This document shows positions 24,621 to 32,713 of a stretch of DNA of 43,522 bases, one piece after another. The DNA is from Acidobacteriota bacterium. GTDB taxonomy: Bacteria > Acidobacteriota > Vicinamibacteria > Vicinamibacterales > CAVVIG01. Below the pieces are notes generated by a model. The model was given only the letters and a program-made list of their open reading frames with translations, ran no database searches and was not told where the DNA came from. The translations under genes were made by a program, and so were the position numbers. The stretch spans positions 1-43,522 of the forward strand of contig JBKPAI010000164.1 of NCBI GenBank assembly GCA_046726355.1, written 5' to 3'. The first letter of the stretch is position 1. Every line of letters begins with the position of its first letter.

Positions 24621-26330
24621 GGGTTCTCTGACGTCCATCACCTGATTCGCCTTCACGTTGTCCACCGTCTGCCGCATGCCCGATGGCCATTGCACCTCTA
24701 CGCGAACAGTCCGCGCCGCGCCCAGACCAAAATGGACACCGGCATGGGAAGACGACGAGTAGCCGGAGGCCGTCGTCATCGTCCGCACCTGACTGCCGAC
24801 GAGAACACGAGCGCCGATGCCGTCGCGATTGCTCGTTCTGCCGACGAGACGAACGATCAGCCACCGGTTGTCGGGTGCGCTGTCATTCCTCCACAACTCG
24901 GCGCGCCCACCGAGCACCAGGACGACGAAGTCGAGGCGGCCGTCGCCGTCGAGATCGGCGGCGCCGCACCCGCGGTGCACGGCCGCCGTCGCGCCAGTGC
25001 CTGCCTCCACGGACGCGTCGCGAAAGTGGCCGCGCCCGTCATTGATGAAAAGCCCGTTCGGTTGTTGCCACGCCACGGCCTCGAACTCGCCGATCCGGTC
25101 GTTGACGTGCGAGTTGGCGGTGAAGATATCCTTCCAGCCGTCATTGTCGACATCGGCGAGAATCGTGCACCAGCCGGACGATTTCACCGACAGCGGCGCC
25201 AGACCGGTGGCCTGCGTGGTCTCGACGAATGCGCCGTGGCCGTCGTTGCGGAACAGAGGAAACGTCTCACCGGCCAGCGCCGTGAGATGAACGTCTTCCC
25301 AGCCGTCGTTGTCGTAGTCCTGGAAATCGACGCCCATGCTCGAGATCGGGCGGCCCGAGTCGGTCACTGACACGCCGGCGGCGAGCGCCATGTCAGTGAA
25401 CGTGCCGTCTCCGTTGTTGCGGAACAGGAAGTTCGGAACCGTATCGTTGGCGACGAAGATGTCGAGACGCCCGTCATGGTCGAAGTCGGCGACGGCTGCG
25501 CTCATGCCCTTTCCGGTGTGGGCTGAAATCCGGCTCGGCGCCGAGACATCCTCGAACGTCCCGTCGCCGCGATTTCGATACAGCCGGTTCGGCAGGCCTT
25601 GAAATGACCGCGGATGGCAGTGGATCGGAATCGCGCGCACCTCGTCGCGGCAGGAGGGATTCGTTTCCGGCGACCATCGCACGTAGTTCGCGACGAAGAG
25701 ATCGAGGCGGCCGTCGTTGTCGTAGTCCAGCCAGGCGGCGGCAACAGCCCATTCGCCGCTCGCAATGCCCGCCTGGCTCGTGACGTCCTCGAAGCGGCCG
25801 TCGCCGCGATTGCGCAGCAGCTGGTTTCGAGGGACGCCCGCGACGAACAGGTCGACATGACCATCGTTGTCGTAGTCGGCGGCGGCCGCGCCCATGGCAT
25901 ACCCGACGCCGGCCACGCCGGCGGCATCGGTAACGTCGGTAAACCGCAGCTGCCCGTCGTTGCGGTATAGACGATTCGAGTCCACACCTGGACGCTTTTC
26001 GAGCGACGCCGCCGGCGCGCCGTTGGTGAAGAAGACGTCGGGACGGCTGTCGCCGTTGTAGTCGAAGATCGCAAGCCCGCCAGGCACGCTGTCGACGTAG
26101 TATTTGGCTGGACTGGACGCGGCCGGGCGGACGAAGTGCAGGCCGGCCCTGTCGGCGACATCTCGCAGGAGCACGCGGGCCCGGGTCTCTGGCCGCTGGC
26201 CGAGTCGCCCCGCCGGGAACGCGCCTCCCGCGGTCAGACCGAGCAGCGCGGCGATGAGAGAAACGCCGCATGGACATTGCCCACGAGGCACGGTGACGTA
26301 AGTGTAGGGCGATCTCACCGCAGAGGACAC
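24618..26330 (-). CDS. CRTAC1-family / ASPIC-UnbV protein with FG-GAP-like repeats.
   Basis: Repeated DYDNDGxxD(L/I)FV and FRNxGDGTFxDV units, with a UnbV_ASPIC-like C-terminus (…VRVEVQWPSGMRQTVDNVKANQVMDVREP). The 5' end (GTG) sits inside a repeat hairpin, so the true start may be a few codons downstream (e.g. VPRGQCPCGVSLIAALLG…). Confidence 0.82.
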   Translation of the reverse strand: MSSAVRSPYTYVTVPRGQCPCGVSLIAALLGLTAGGAFPAGRLGQRPETRARVLLRDVADRAGLHFVRPAASSPAKYYVDSVPGGLAIFDYNGDSRPDVFFTNGAPAASLEKRPGVDSNRLYRNDGQLRFTDVTDAAGVAGVGYAMGAAAADYDNDGHVDLFVAGVPRNQLLRNRGDGRFEDVTSQAGIASGEWAVAAAWLDYDNDGRLDLFVANYVRWSPETNPSCRDEVRAIPIHCHPRSFQGLPNRLYRNRGDGTFEDVSAPSRISAHTGKGMSAAVADFDHDGRLDIFVANDTVPNFLFRNNGDGTFTDMALAAGVSVTDSGRPISSMGVDFQDYDNDGWEDVHLTALAGETFPLFRNDGHGAFVETTQATGLAPLSVKSSGWCTILADVDNDGWKDIFTANSHVNDRIGEFEAVAWQQPNGLFINDGRGHFRDASVEAGTGATAAVHRGCGAADLDGDGRLDFVVLVLGGRAELWRNDSAPDNRWLIVRLVGRTSNRDGIGARVLVGSQVRTMTTASGYSSSSHAGVHFGLGAARTVRVEVQWPSGMRQTVDNVKANQVMDVREP

Positions 26331-26390
26331 GGAGGAAAGATCCTGTCACTCTTTAGGATTGATCCTCCGCGTCCTCAGCGTCCTCCGTGG
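26324..26390. repeat. Member of the GAGGACACGGAGG…CCTCCGCGTCCTC hairpin family. Its loop is itself a hairpin (AAAGATCCTG…AGGATTGAT) and a trailing AGCGTCCTCCGTGG box follows.
   Basis: Read directly. It lies in the divergent region between the 24618..26330 (-) and 26450..27493 (+) genes. Confidence 0.8.
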
Positions 26391-26449
26391 TAGATCCAGG
26401 CGACAGGGCGGCGAGATCGACGAAACAGATGCGATCGTGGAGGGATGCC

Positions 26450-27493
26450 GTGAAAGGTCATATTGCAGCTGCCGCCGCCGTCACGGTCGCCGTCTCCCTC
26501 TCGAACGGGACCGCCCAGACGGGCGCATCGCGAGCGCTCGACGTGCCGGCGCGCACGCTGCCGGTGCCGACGACCGTCAGCCCCGAGATGCAGGCCCTCA
26601 TCGCGGCGCCGCTCAGTCAGACGTGGAATGCCGTTCCGAAATCGGCGGACGAATGGAAAGCGCTGTCGGCGCCGTCCGCGGGCCGAGGTCTGCCGGAGCT
26701 GCGCGCACGATTGGGCGTCAAGTCGGACCACATGGTCCTGAACGGCGTGAACGTCTTCATGCTGACGCCTGAGGTGATTCCGCCTGAGAATCGGAACCGT
26801 CTACTCGTCCACGTGCACGGCGGCTGCTACGTCCTGGGCGGCGGCGAGGCAGGAACGAGCGAAGCGATCTACATGGCGGGCTTCGGACACTTCAAGGTGC
26901 TGTCGGTCGACTATCGCCGTCCGCCGGAGTTCCCGTACCCCGCCGCGCTCGATGATGCCATCGCGGTGTGGAAGGCGGCACTGAAGATGGCGAGGCCCGG
27001 GAACATGGCCATCTTCGGCACGTCAGCCGGCGGCGCCCTGACATTATCAACTGTGCTGCGCGCGAAGCAGGACCGGTTGCCGCTGCCCGGAGCCATCGCG
27101 CCCGGCACGCCGATGTCGGACCTGACGGGGGCCGGCGATTCCTTCCACACCAACTTCATGATTGACAACATCCTGGTCGGCAGCGACGGCCGCTGCGATG
27201 CGATGGCCAGGCTCTACGCAAACGGCCACGATCTGAAAGATCCGCTGTTGTCGCCGGTGTACGGCGACATGCACGGATTTCCTTCCGCGATGCTGACCAC
27301 GGGCACGCGCGACCTCCTGCTCAGCAACACCGTCCGCGTGCATCGCAAGCTGCGCCAGGCGGGCGTCGACGCCGAGTTGCAGGTGTTCGAAGGGCAGTCG
27401 CACGCCCACTACCTGCGCGACGCCAACGCGCCCGAAACGAGGGAAGCATTCGAGGAGATCGCCCGGTTCTTTGACAGGCATCTTGGCAAATGA
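26450..27493 (+). CDS. Secreted alpha/beta hydrolase (fold-3 esterase/lipase type).
   Basis: HGG-type oxyanion motif (LLVHVHGGCYVLGGG), nucleophile elbow GTSAGG, and a signal-like N-terminus. The GTG start at 26450 has GGAGGG 5 nt upstream. The longer ORF from 26387 is rejected. Confidence 0.82.
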   Translation: MKGHIAAAAAVTVAVSLSNGTAQTGASRALDVPARTLPVPTTVSPEMQALIAAPLSQTWNAVPKSADEWKALSAPSAGRGLPELRARLGVKSDHMVLNGVNVFMLTPEVIPPENRNRLLVHVHGGCYVLGGGEAGTSEAIYMAGFGHFKVLSVDYRRPPEFPYPAALDDAIAVWKAALKMARPGNMAIFGTSAGGALTLSTVLRAKQDRLPLPGAIAPGTPMSDLTGAGDSFHTNFMIDNILVGSDGRCDAMARLYANGHDLKDPLLSPVYGDMHGFPSAMLTTGTRDLLLSNTVRVHRKLRQAGVDAELQVFEGQSHAHYLRDANAPETREAFEEIARFFDRHLGK

Positions 27494-27503
27494 GGAGGGC
27501 GCG

Positions 27504-28502
27504 ATGAACAGGTGGGCAGTCCTTCCTGACCAACACACGATGAACCGGCGCGAGTTTCTGCTCGCCGCCGCCGCCGCGGCGTCCGCCGCGCGCCCGCGCC
27601 GACTGCAGGCGCAGAGCGCAGCGCAGGCGAGACAGGCGAAGCAGAGCACTCTGGACCGCATCGCCATCATGACGCTGAACTTCCAGAGCATGCTGAAGCT
27701 TCCCGACCTGCCCGAGGGCCCGAACCGGACGCTCGAGCTCTTCGCCGTACCGGAGATGCTCGCCGATCGCTACGGCGTCCACAAGGTTGAATTCCAGCAC
27801 TATCACATTCCGTCGACCGAGCCGTCGTACCTGAAGGAGCTGCGCGCACACATCGAGAAGACCCGCTCGAGGATGACGCAGATCAACCTCGAATTCGGCA
27901 TGCTCAACATGTCGGCGCCGGAGCTGCGAAACCGGCTGATGGCGATCGACCTGACCAAGATGTGGGTCGACCATGCCGTGATGCTTGGTGCCCAGCGCGT
28001 CATGATCAACCAGGGGCAGCCGACGCACGAGAACAAGGTCTACGGGATTCCGGCGCTGAAGGCGATGGCCGACTACGGCCGCTCCAGGGGAATCATTGTC
28101 TCAGTCGAAACGCGCGGCGGCGGAGGCGGGCGTGGACGCGGCGCGTCGGCTGAGGGTGCCGCCGGCGCGGCCGCAGCGCCGCCGCCGCCTCCGCCCGTAC
28201 CGCCCGGGCCGCCCACCTGGACGCTGCTGGCGGAGATCGTCAAAGGCGCCGGCGCCTACTCCAACGTGGACGTCGGCGGGGCAAATGCGGCCGACCAGGA
28301 AGAGCTGCACGCGTGCCTGCGAACGATGTTTCCGATGACGGCCGGCAGCATGCATACGCGGGTGAACGCGCGGTGGGATCTGGCAACGGCGATCAAATTC
28401 CTCGAACACGAACTGGGATACAAGGGCCTCTACACGATCGAAGCGAGCAACGGCCACGAAGGGACGCAGCCGATTTACGACGTGGTCGTGGCAACACTGT
28501 GA
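27504..28502 (+). CDS. Tat-exported xylose-isomerase-like TIM-barrel protein (sugar-phosphate isomerase/epimerase family) with an internal Gly/Ala/Pro-rich insertion.
   Basis: GGAGGG lies 4 nt upstream of the ATG at 27504. A Tat motif is present (MNRREFLLAAAAAASAARP). A low-complexity insert RGGGGGRGRGASAEGAAGAAAAPPPPPPVPPGPP lies at nt 28113..28214. The gene begins 10 bp after the upstream hydrolase gene. Confidence 0.8.
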   Translation: MNRWAVLPDQHTMNRREFLLAAAAAASAARPRRLQAQSAAQARQAKQSTLDRIAIMTLNFQSMLKLPDLPEGPNRTLELFAVPEMLADRYGVHKVEFQHYHIPSTEPSYLKELRAHIEKTRSRMTQINLEFGMLNMSAPELRNRLMAIDLTKMWVDHAVMLGAQRVMINQGQPTHENKVYGIPALKAMADYGRSRGIIVSVETRGGGGGRGRGASAEGAAGAAAAPPPPPPVPPGPPTWTLLAEIVKGAGAYSNVDVGGANAADQEELHACLRTMFPMTAGSMHTRVNARWDLATAIKFLEHELGYKGLYTIEASNGHEGTQPIYDVVVATL

Positions 28503-28580
28503 AACAGCAGCGAAGAGAACGGAGCAGACGGAGGAAACGGTATAACCACAGAGGAGCGGAGGAACGGAGACGAGCAGAGC
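28503..28580. repeat. Solo copy of the ACGGAG-rich element (…GACGGAGGAAACGGTATAACCACAGAGGAGCGGAGGAACGGAGACGAGCAGAGC…), starting at the first base after the stop codon.
   Basis: Near-identical to the reverse complement of 5948..6009 and similar to 5748..5813 and 34506..34596. Confidence 0.8.
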
Positions 28581-28616
28581 AATGACTGAAGTTTGACAAG
28601 AATAAATTCCTTTGCG

Positions 28617-28686
28617 CTCTTCGCGCTTGCCAAGCCGTAGCTCGCGTCAATTGCGGGGCGAGCGAAGGTTGGGCCTTTGCGTTCCA
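28617..28686. promoter_or_regulatory. ~70-bp leader element (CTTCGCGCTTGCCAAGC, ~22-nt variable region, GAGCGAAGGTTGGGCCYTTGCGT) 47 bp upstream of the DUF1080 gene start. A second copy lies at 35666..35730, upstream of the kinase gene.
   Basis: The two copies were aligned by eye. The flanks are conserved and mutually complementary (CCTTCGCGC with GAGCGAAGG) around a divergent middle section. Confidence 0.6.
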
Positions 28687-28733
28687 CGGCAGCATCAGGT
28701 ACTCGGACACTCTCCACGGTTTGAAGGTTCAGC

Positions 28734-29507
28734 ATGCGATCGAATGCCACGCTCATCACGTTGTTGGCCGCCTTCCTCGCCACAGCCACTGCACGGTCAC
28801 CCTCCGCCCAATCTCCCGCGCACTGGAAGGCGCTGTTCAACGGCAAGGATTTCACCGGCTGGGTGGTGCCGCCCGGCCGCGGCGCGGCGCCCGATGCGGC
28901 CCCGCAGAATCCCGCCGACACGGGCTGGAAGCTCGAGAACGGGATCGTGACCGGCGGGCAGCCCGCACCCGGGCAACGCGGCGGCAGTCTCGTGTCGCAG
29001 GCGCAGTTCAAGGACCTCGAGCTCGAGCTCGACTTCCTCCTGGCAGAGCACGGCACCAGGTGCTCCGCGGACGTCGTTGATCCGAAACAGGAAAACGCCA
29101 GCGAGGACAAGCGCTGCCTGTACAACAGCGGTGTGACGCTGCGCACGGCCTATCAGGTGAATATCGGACGACGGGAAGCAGGCGAGTTCATCGGGGTCGT
29201 GGTCCATCGCGTGAGCCCGAAGGCAATCCGGGGCAATGTCCTGTGGCTCGACACCGGGGACGAGAAGTTTCCGAACCTTCGCCGGAAGGAAGATTGGAAT
29301 CACCTGCAGATCGCCTTCAAGGGGCCGCACCTCCAGGTCTGGCTGAACGGGACCAGGATCTGCGACGTGACCGACAACCCGACGGATCCATCGGAAGCGA
29401 AGTGGAAAGAGGCGGGACCGATCAGTCTGCAATGGCCGCCCGCCGGGGAGTCCGGAGGGTTCGCAGGGTACGTGAAGTTTCGCAATCTCCGGGTGCGGGA
29501 GCTCTAA
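28734..29507 (+). CDS. DUF1080-family protein (3-keto-disaccharide hydrolase / LamG-like), secreted.
   Basis: A signal peptide is followed by HWKALFNGKDFTGWVV…GWKLENGIVTGG…FKDLELELDF…YNSGVTLRTAYQVNIG, the characteristic DUF1080 motif order. Confidence 0.85.
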   Translation: MRSNATLITLLAAFLATATARSPSAQSPAHWKALFNGKDFTGWVVPPGRGAAPDAAPQNPADTGWKLENGIVTGGQPAPGQRGGSLVSQAQFKDLELELDFLLAEHGTRCSADVVDPKQENASEDKRCLYNSGVTLRTAYQVNIGRREAGEFIGVVVHRVSPKAIRGNVLWLDTGDEKFPNLRRKEDWNHLQIAFKGPHLQVWLNGTRICDVTDNPTDPSEAKWKEAGPISLQWPPAGESGGFAGYVKFRNLRVREL

Positions 29508-29508
29508 C

Positions 29509-31224
29509 TTGAATCGTCGAGAGTTTTTCGAGCGCTCCCTTGCCGCCGCCTCGATGGCCGGGGCGGGTCGGGTCGGCGAGGCTGCGATGATTCAGTCGTC
29601 TGCACGCGACGAGTGGTTCTCCAGTGTGCCGGCCGGTCGATCCGTCGTGCGCGCCAGTCACGGGATGGTGGCGACCAGCCAGCCGCTCGCTTCCGAGACC
29701 GGTCTCGACATTCTGAAGCGAGGCGGCAACGCCGCGGATGCGGCTATCGCCATGGCCGCCGTCCTCAACGTGACCGAACCGCACATGACCGGGCTCGGCG
29801 GCGACGTCTTCGCGATGATCTATTCAGCGAAGACGAAAAAACTCGAGGGGCTCAACGCGAGCGGGCGCGCGCCGCGGGCGCTGACCCTCGACTATTTCCG
29901 ATCGCGGAAGATCAGCGATATGCCGCTCACCGGCATGGCGCCGGTCACCGTGCCCGGCGCCTTCGACGGCTGGGTGACGCTGCTCGACAAGTACGGCACG
30001 ATGACGCTCGCCGACCTGCTGGCGCCGGCTATCGGTTATGCCGAGAACGGGTTCCCCGTCATGGAGAAGACCGCGGCCGACTGGGAACCCGAAGTGGCCA
30101 AACTGAAGCTGACCGCGGCCGGCGAGTCGACGTACGTCGTCAACGGGCACGCGCCGCAGCCCGGCGCGCTGTTCGTTCAGCGCAACCTGGCGCGCACGCT
30201 GCGGATGCTGGCACAAGGTGGCCGTGACGCCTTCTATCGCGGCGAGATCGCCAGAACGATCGTGGACTACTGCCGCATGCACGATGGCTTTCTTTCCGTC
30301 GAGGACTTCGCATCGCACAAATCGGAATGGGTGGAACCCATCTGGACGACCTACCGCGGCCACACGCTCTACGAGCTGCCGCCGAACGGTCAGGGTCTGA
30401 CCGCGCTGCTGCTGGTGAACCTCCTCGAGGGCATCGACCTGCAGTCGATGCGGAGCGACGCCGCCCTCTACTACCATACGATCATCGAAGCGACCAAAAT
30501 CGCCTTCGCCGATCGAAACCGGTACATTGCCGATCCCGCGTTCGCGAAGGTGCCGGTCGCCGAGCTCCTGTCGAAGGATTACGCCGCCCGCCGGCGCGCG
30601 CTCATCGATTCGAAGAGAGCGATCGATCCGCCGGCCTACGGCGACATCCGCGTCGGTCACGACACGACCTACCTGACCGTGATCGACAAGGACCGCAATG
30701 CGGTCTCCTTCATCAACAGCATTTTTTCGGCGTTTGGATCCGGCGTCGTTGCCGGCGATACGGGGATCGTGCTGCAGAACCGCGGCGCCGGCTTCTCGCT
30801 CGATCCGAACCACCCGAACCGTCTCGAACCGGGCAAGCGTCCGTTTCACACCCTGATTCCGGGGATGGTCTTCAAGGACGGCCATCTGCTGATGGCCTAC
30901 GGCGTCATGGGCGGCGACGTGCAGCCGCAGGGACACGCGCAGGTGCTCGTCAATCTGATCGATCGCGGCCTGAACCTGCAGCAGGCGATCGACGCGCCGC
31001 GGGTGCGGTACATCAGCGGCCGGGGCGTGATGATGGAGGACGAACTGGGCGCGCCGGTCATCAGCGAGCTGGTGCGGCGAGGCCACGAGCGCGTCATGCC
31101 CGGGCCCGGCCTGACACATCGCGCCCTGATGGGCGGCGCTCAGGCGATCATGATCGATCCGGTCACCGGTGCCCTCTCGGGCGCTTCCGATTTCCGCAAG
31201 GACGGACTTGCCATCGGCTATTAG
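29509..31224 (+). CDS. ggt: Gamma-glutamyltransferase (Tat signal).
   Basis: Tat N-terminus (LNRREFFERSLAAASMAGAG) and the GGT large/small-subunit pattern, including the nucleophile region GHDTTYLTVIDKDRNAVSFINSI and GGD…MAYGVMGGD. The start is TTG, 1 bp after the upstream stop. Confidence 0.88.
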   Translation: MNRREFFERSLAAASMAGAGRVGEAAMIQSSARDEWFSSVPAGRSVVRASHGMVATSQPLASETGLDILKRGGNAADAAIAMAAVLNVTEPHMTGLGGDVFAMIYSAKTKKLEGLNASGRAPRALTLDYFRSRKISDMPLTGMAPVTVPGAFDGWVTLLDKYGTMTLADLLAPAIGYAENGFPVMEKTAADWEPEVAKLKLTAAGESTYVVNGHAPQPGALFVQRNLARTLRMLAQGGRDAFYRGEIARTIVDYCRMHDGFLSVEDFASHKSEWVEPIWTTYRGHTLYELPPNGQGLTALLLVNLLEGIDLQSMRSDAALYYHTIIEATKIAFADRNRYIADPAFAKVPVAELLSKDYAARRRALIDSKRAIDPPAYGDIRVGHDTTYLTVIDKDRNAVSFINSIFSAFGSGVVAGDTGIVLQNRGAGFSLDPNHPNRLEPGKRPFHTLIPGMVFKDGHLLMAYGVMGGDVQPQGHAQVLVNLIDRGLNLQQAIDAPRVRYISGRGVMMEDELGAPVISELVRRGHERVMPGPGLTHRALMGGAQAIMIDPVTGALSGASDFRKDGLAIGY

Positions 31225-31337
31225 AATTTGGAATTTGGAATTCGGAATTTGGAATTCGAGACCGGGAGTGCCGAATTCTGATCCCCAATTCCAAATGCCA
31301 AATCATTCCAAATTCCTAATTCCAAATTCCTAATTCC
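31224..31337. repeat. 114-bp palindrome of heptads: GGAATTT/GGAATTC x5 direct, a spacer, then AAATTCC/TAATTCC x6 inverted. It lies between the ggt stop and the permease start.
   Basis: Read directly. It begins on the last base of the ggt TAG stop and ends 3 nt before the permease GTG. Confidence 0.85.
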
Positions 31338-31339
31338 AC

Positions 31340-32713
31340 GTGTCTCCTCCCCCGCTCGCTCGCCGCTTCGGCCTGGTCCAGGCGACCGCCCTGAACATGA
31401 TCAACATGATCGGGATCGGGCCGTTCATCACCATCCCGCTGCTGATGACCGCGCTCGGCGGACCGCAGGCCATGCTGGGCTGGATCGTCGCGCTGGTGAT
31501 CGTCATCTGCGACGGCCTGGTCTGGAGCGAGCTCGGCGCCGCGTTCGCCGGGTCCGGCGGGTCGTTCGTGTACCTGCGCGAGGCCTACGGCCGCGAGAAG
31601 TTCGGGCGGCTGATGGCGTTTCTCTTCGTGTGGCAGTTCATCCTCAGCGGTCCGCTCGAGATCGCGACCGGCTACATCGGGTGCGCGCGCTATCTGCGCT
31701 ACATCTGGACCGGCCTGACGCCGACCGGCCTGCTCGGCGTCGCCGCCCTCATCGGCGCTGTCAACATTTTCCTCCTCTACCGCCGCATCACCGCGATCGC
31801 GACGATCACGGTGGCACTGTGGATTGGGACGATTGCGACGACGATTGCCGTGGTCCTGACCGGCGCGCTGCACTTCGATCGGCACGTGGCGTTCGACTTT
31901 CCGCCCGGCGCGTTCACACTGTCGGCAGGGTTTCTCTTCGGACTGGGCGCGGCGTCGCGGATCGGCGTCTACGACTACCTCGGTTACTACGACATCTGCT
32001 ATATCGGCGATGAGACAAAAGATCCCGAACGCGTCATCCCGCGATCCATTCTGCTGAGCACGGTGGCGGTTGCCGTCATTTATCTCGCGATCAACCTCTC
32101 GATCATCGGCGTGGTGCCCTGGCGCGAGTTCGTCCCGGCGGATGCAAAGCCCGACGCCGGCTTCGTCGTGTCCGCATTCATGGAGCGCGTCTATGGCCCC
32201 GCCTTCGCGAGCGTCTTCACGCTGATGATCGTCTGGACCGGATTCGGGTCGGTCTTCGCGCTGCTGCTCGGGTATTCGCGCGTCCCCTATGCTGCAGCCC
32301 GGGAGGGGTACTTCTTCAACGCCTTCAGCCGTGTGCATCCCACGCAAGGGTTTCCGCACGTCGCGCTGCTCGTCCTCGGCGTCATCTCGATTCTGACCAG
32401 CTTCTTTCCGCTCGACATCGTGATCGACGCGCTGATCGCCATGCGAATCCTCGTACAGTTCATCGGCCAGATCGGCGGCGTGGTGCTGCTTCGACGGCGG
32501 GCGCCCGGGTTGACGCGGCCGTTCCGGATCTGGCTGTATCCGGTGCCGCTCGTGATCGCGCTGGCCGGCTGGATCTTCATCTTCAGCACGACCGGGCGCG
32601 ATGTCATCCTGTTCGGCCTCGGCGTCCTGCTGCTCGGTGTGATCTGTTTTCTCGTGTGGTCGGTGCGGATCCAGCAGTGGCCATTTCGGCCTGCGGTGGG
32701 GGAGGCGCCATGA
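31340..32713 (+). CDS. APC-superfamily amino-acid permease.
   Basis: Twelve hydrophobic segments, with N-terminal motifs typical of amino-acid permeases (…ALNMINMIGIGPFITIPLL… and …GSGGSFVYLREAYG…). The start is GTG. Confidence 0.88.
   Translation: MSPPPLARRFGLVQATALNMINMIGIGPFITIPLLMTALGGPQAMLGWIVALVIVICDGLVWSELGAAFAGSGGSFVYLREAYGREKFGRLMAFLFVWQFILSGPLEIATGYIGCARYLRYIWTGLTPTGLLGVAALIGAVNIFLLYRRITAIATITVALWIGTIATTIAVVLTGALHFDRHVAFDFPPGAFTLSAGFLFGLGAASRIGVYDYLGYYDICYIGDETKDPERVIPRSILLSTVAVAVIYLAINLSIIGVVPWREFVPADAKPDAGFVVSAFMERVYGPAFASVFTLMIVWTGFGSVFALLLGYSRVPYAAAREGYFFNAFSRVHPTQGFPHVALLVLGVISILTSFFPLDIVIDALIAMRILVQFIGQIGGVVLLRRRAPGLTRPFRIWLYPVPLVIALAGWIFIFSTTGRDVILFGLGVLLLGVICFLVWSVRIQQWPFRPAVGEAP

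Noticed and set aside
31224-31290. Cluster of three GAATTC (EcoRI-type) sites.
   Set aside because: They follow from the GGAATTY heptad consensus and are not evidence of a restriction-modification-related feature.
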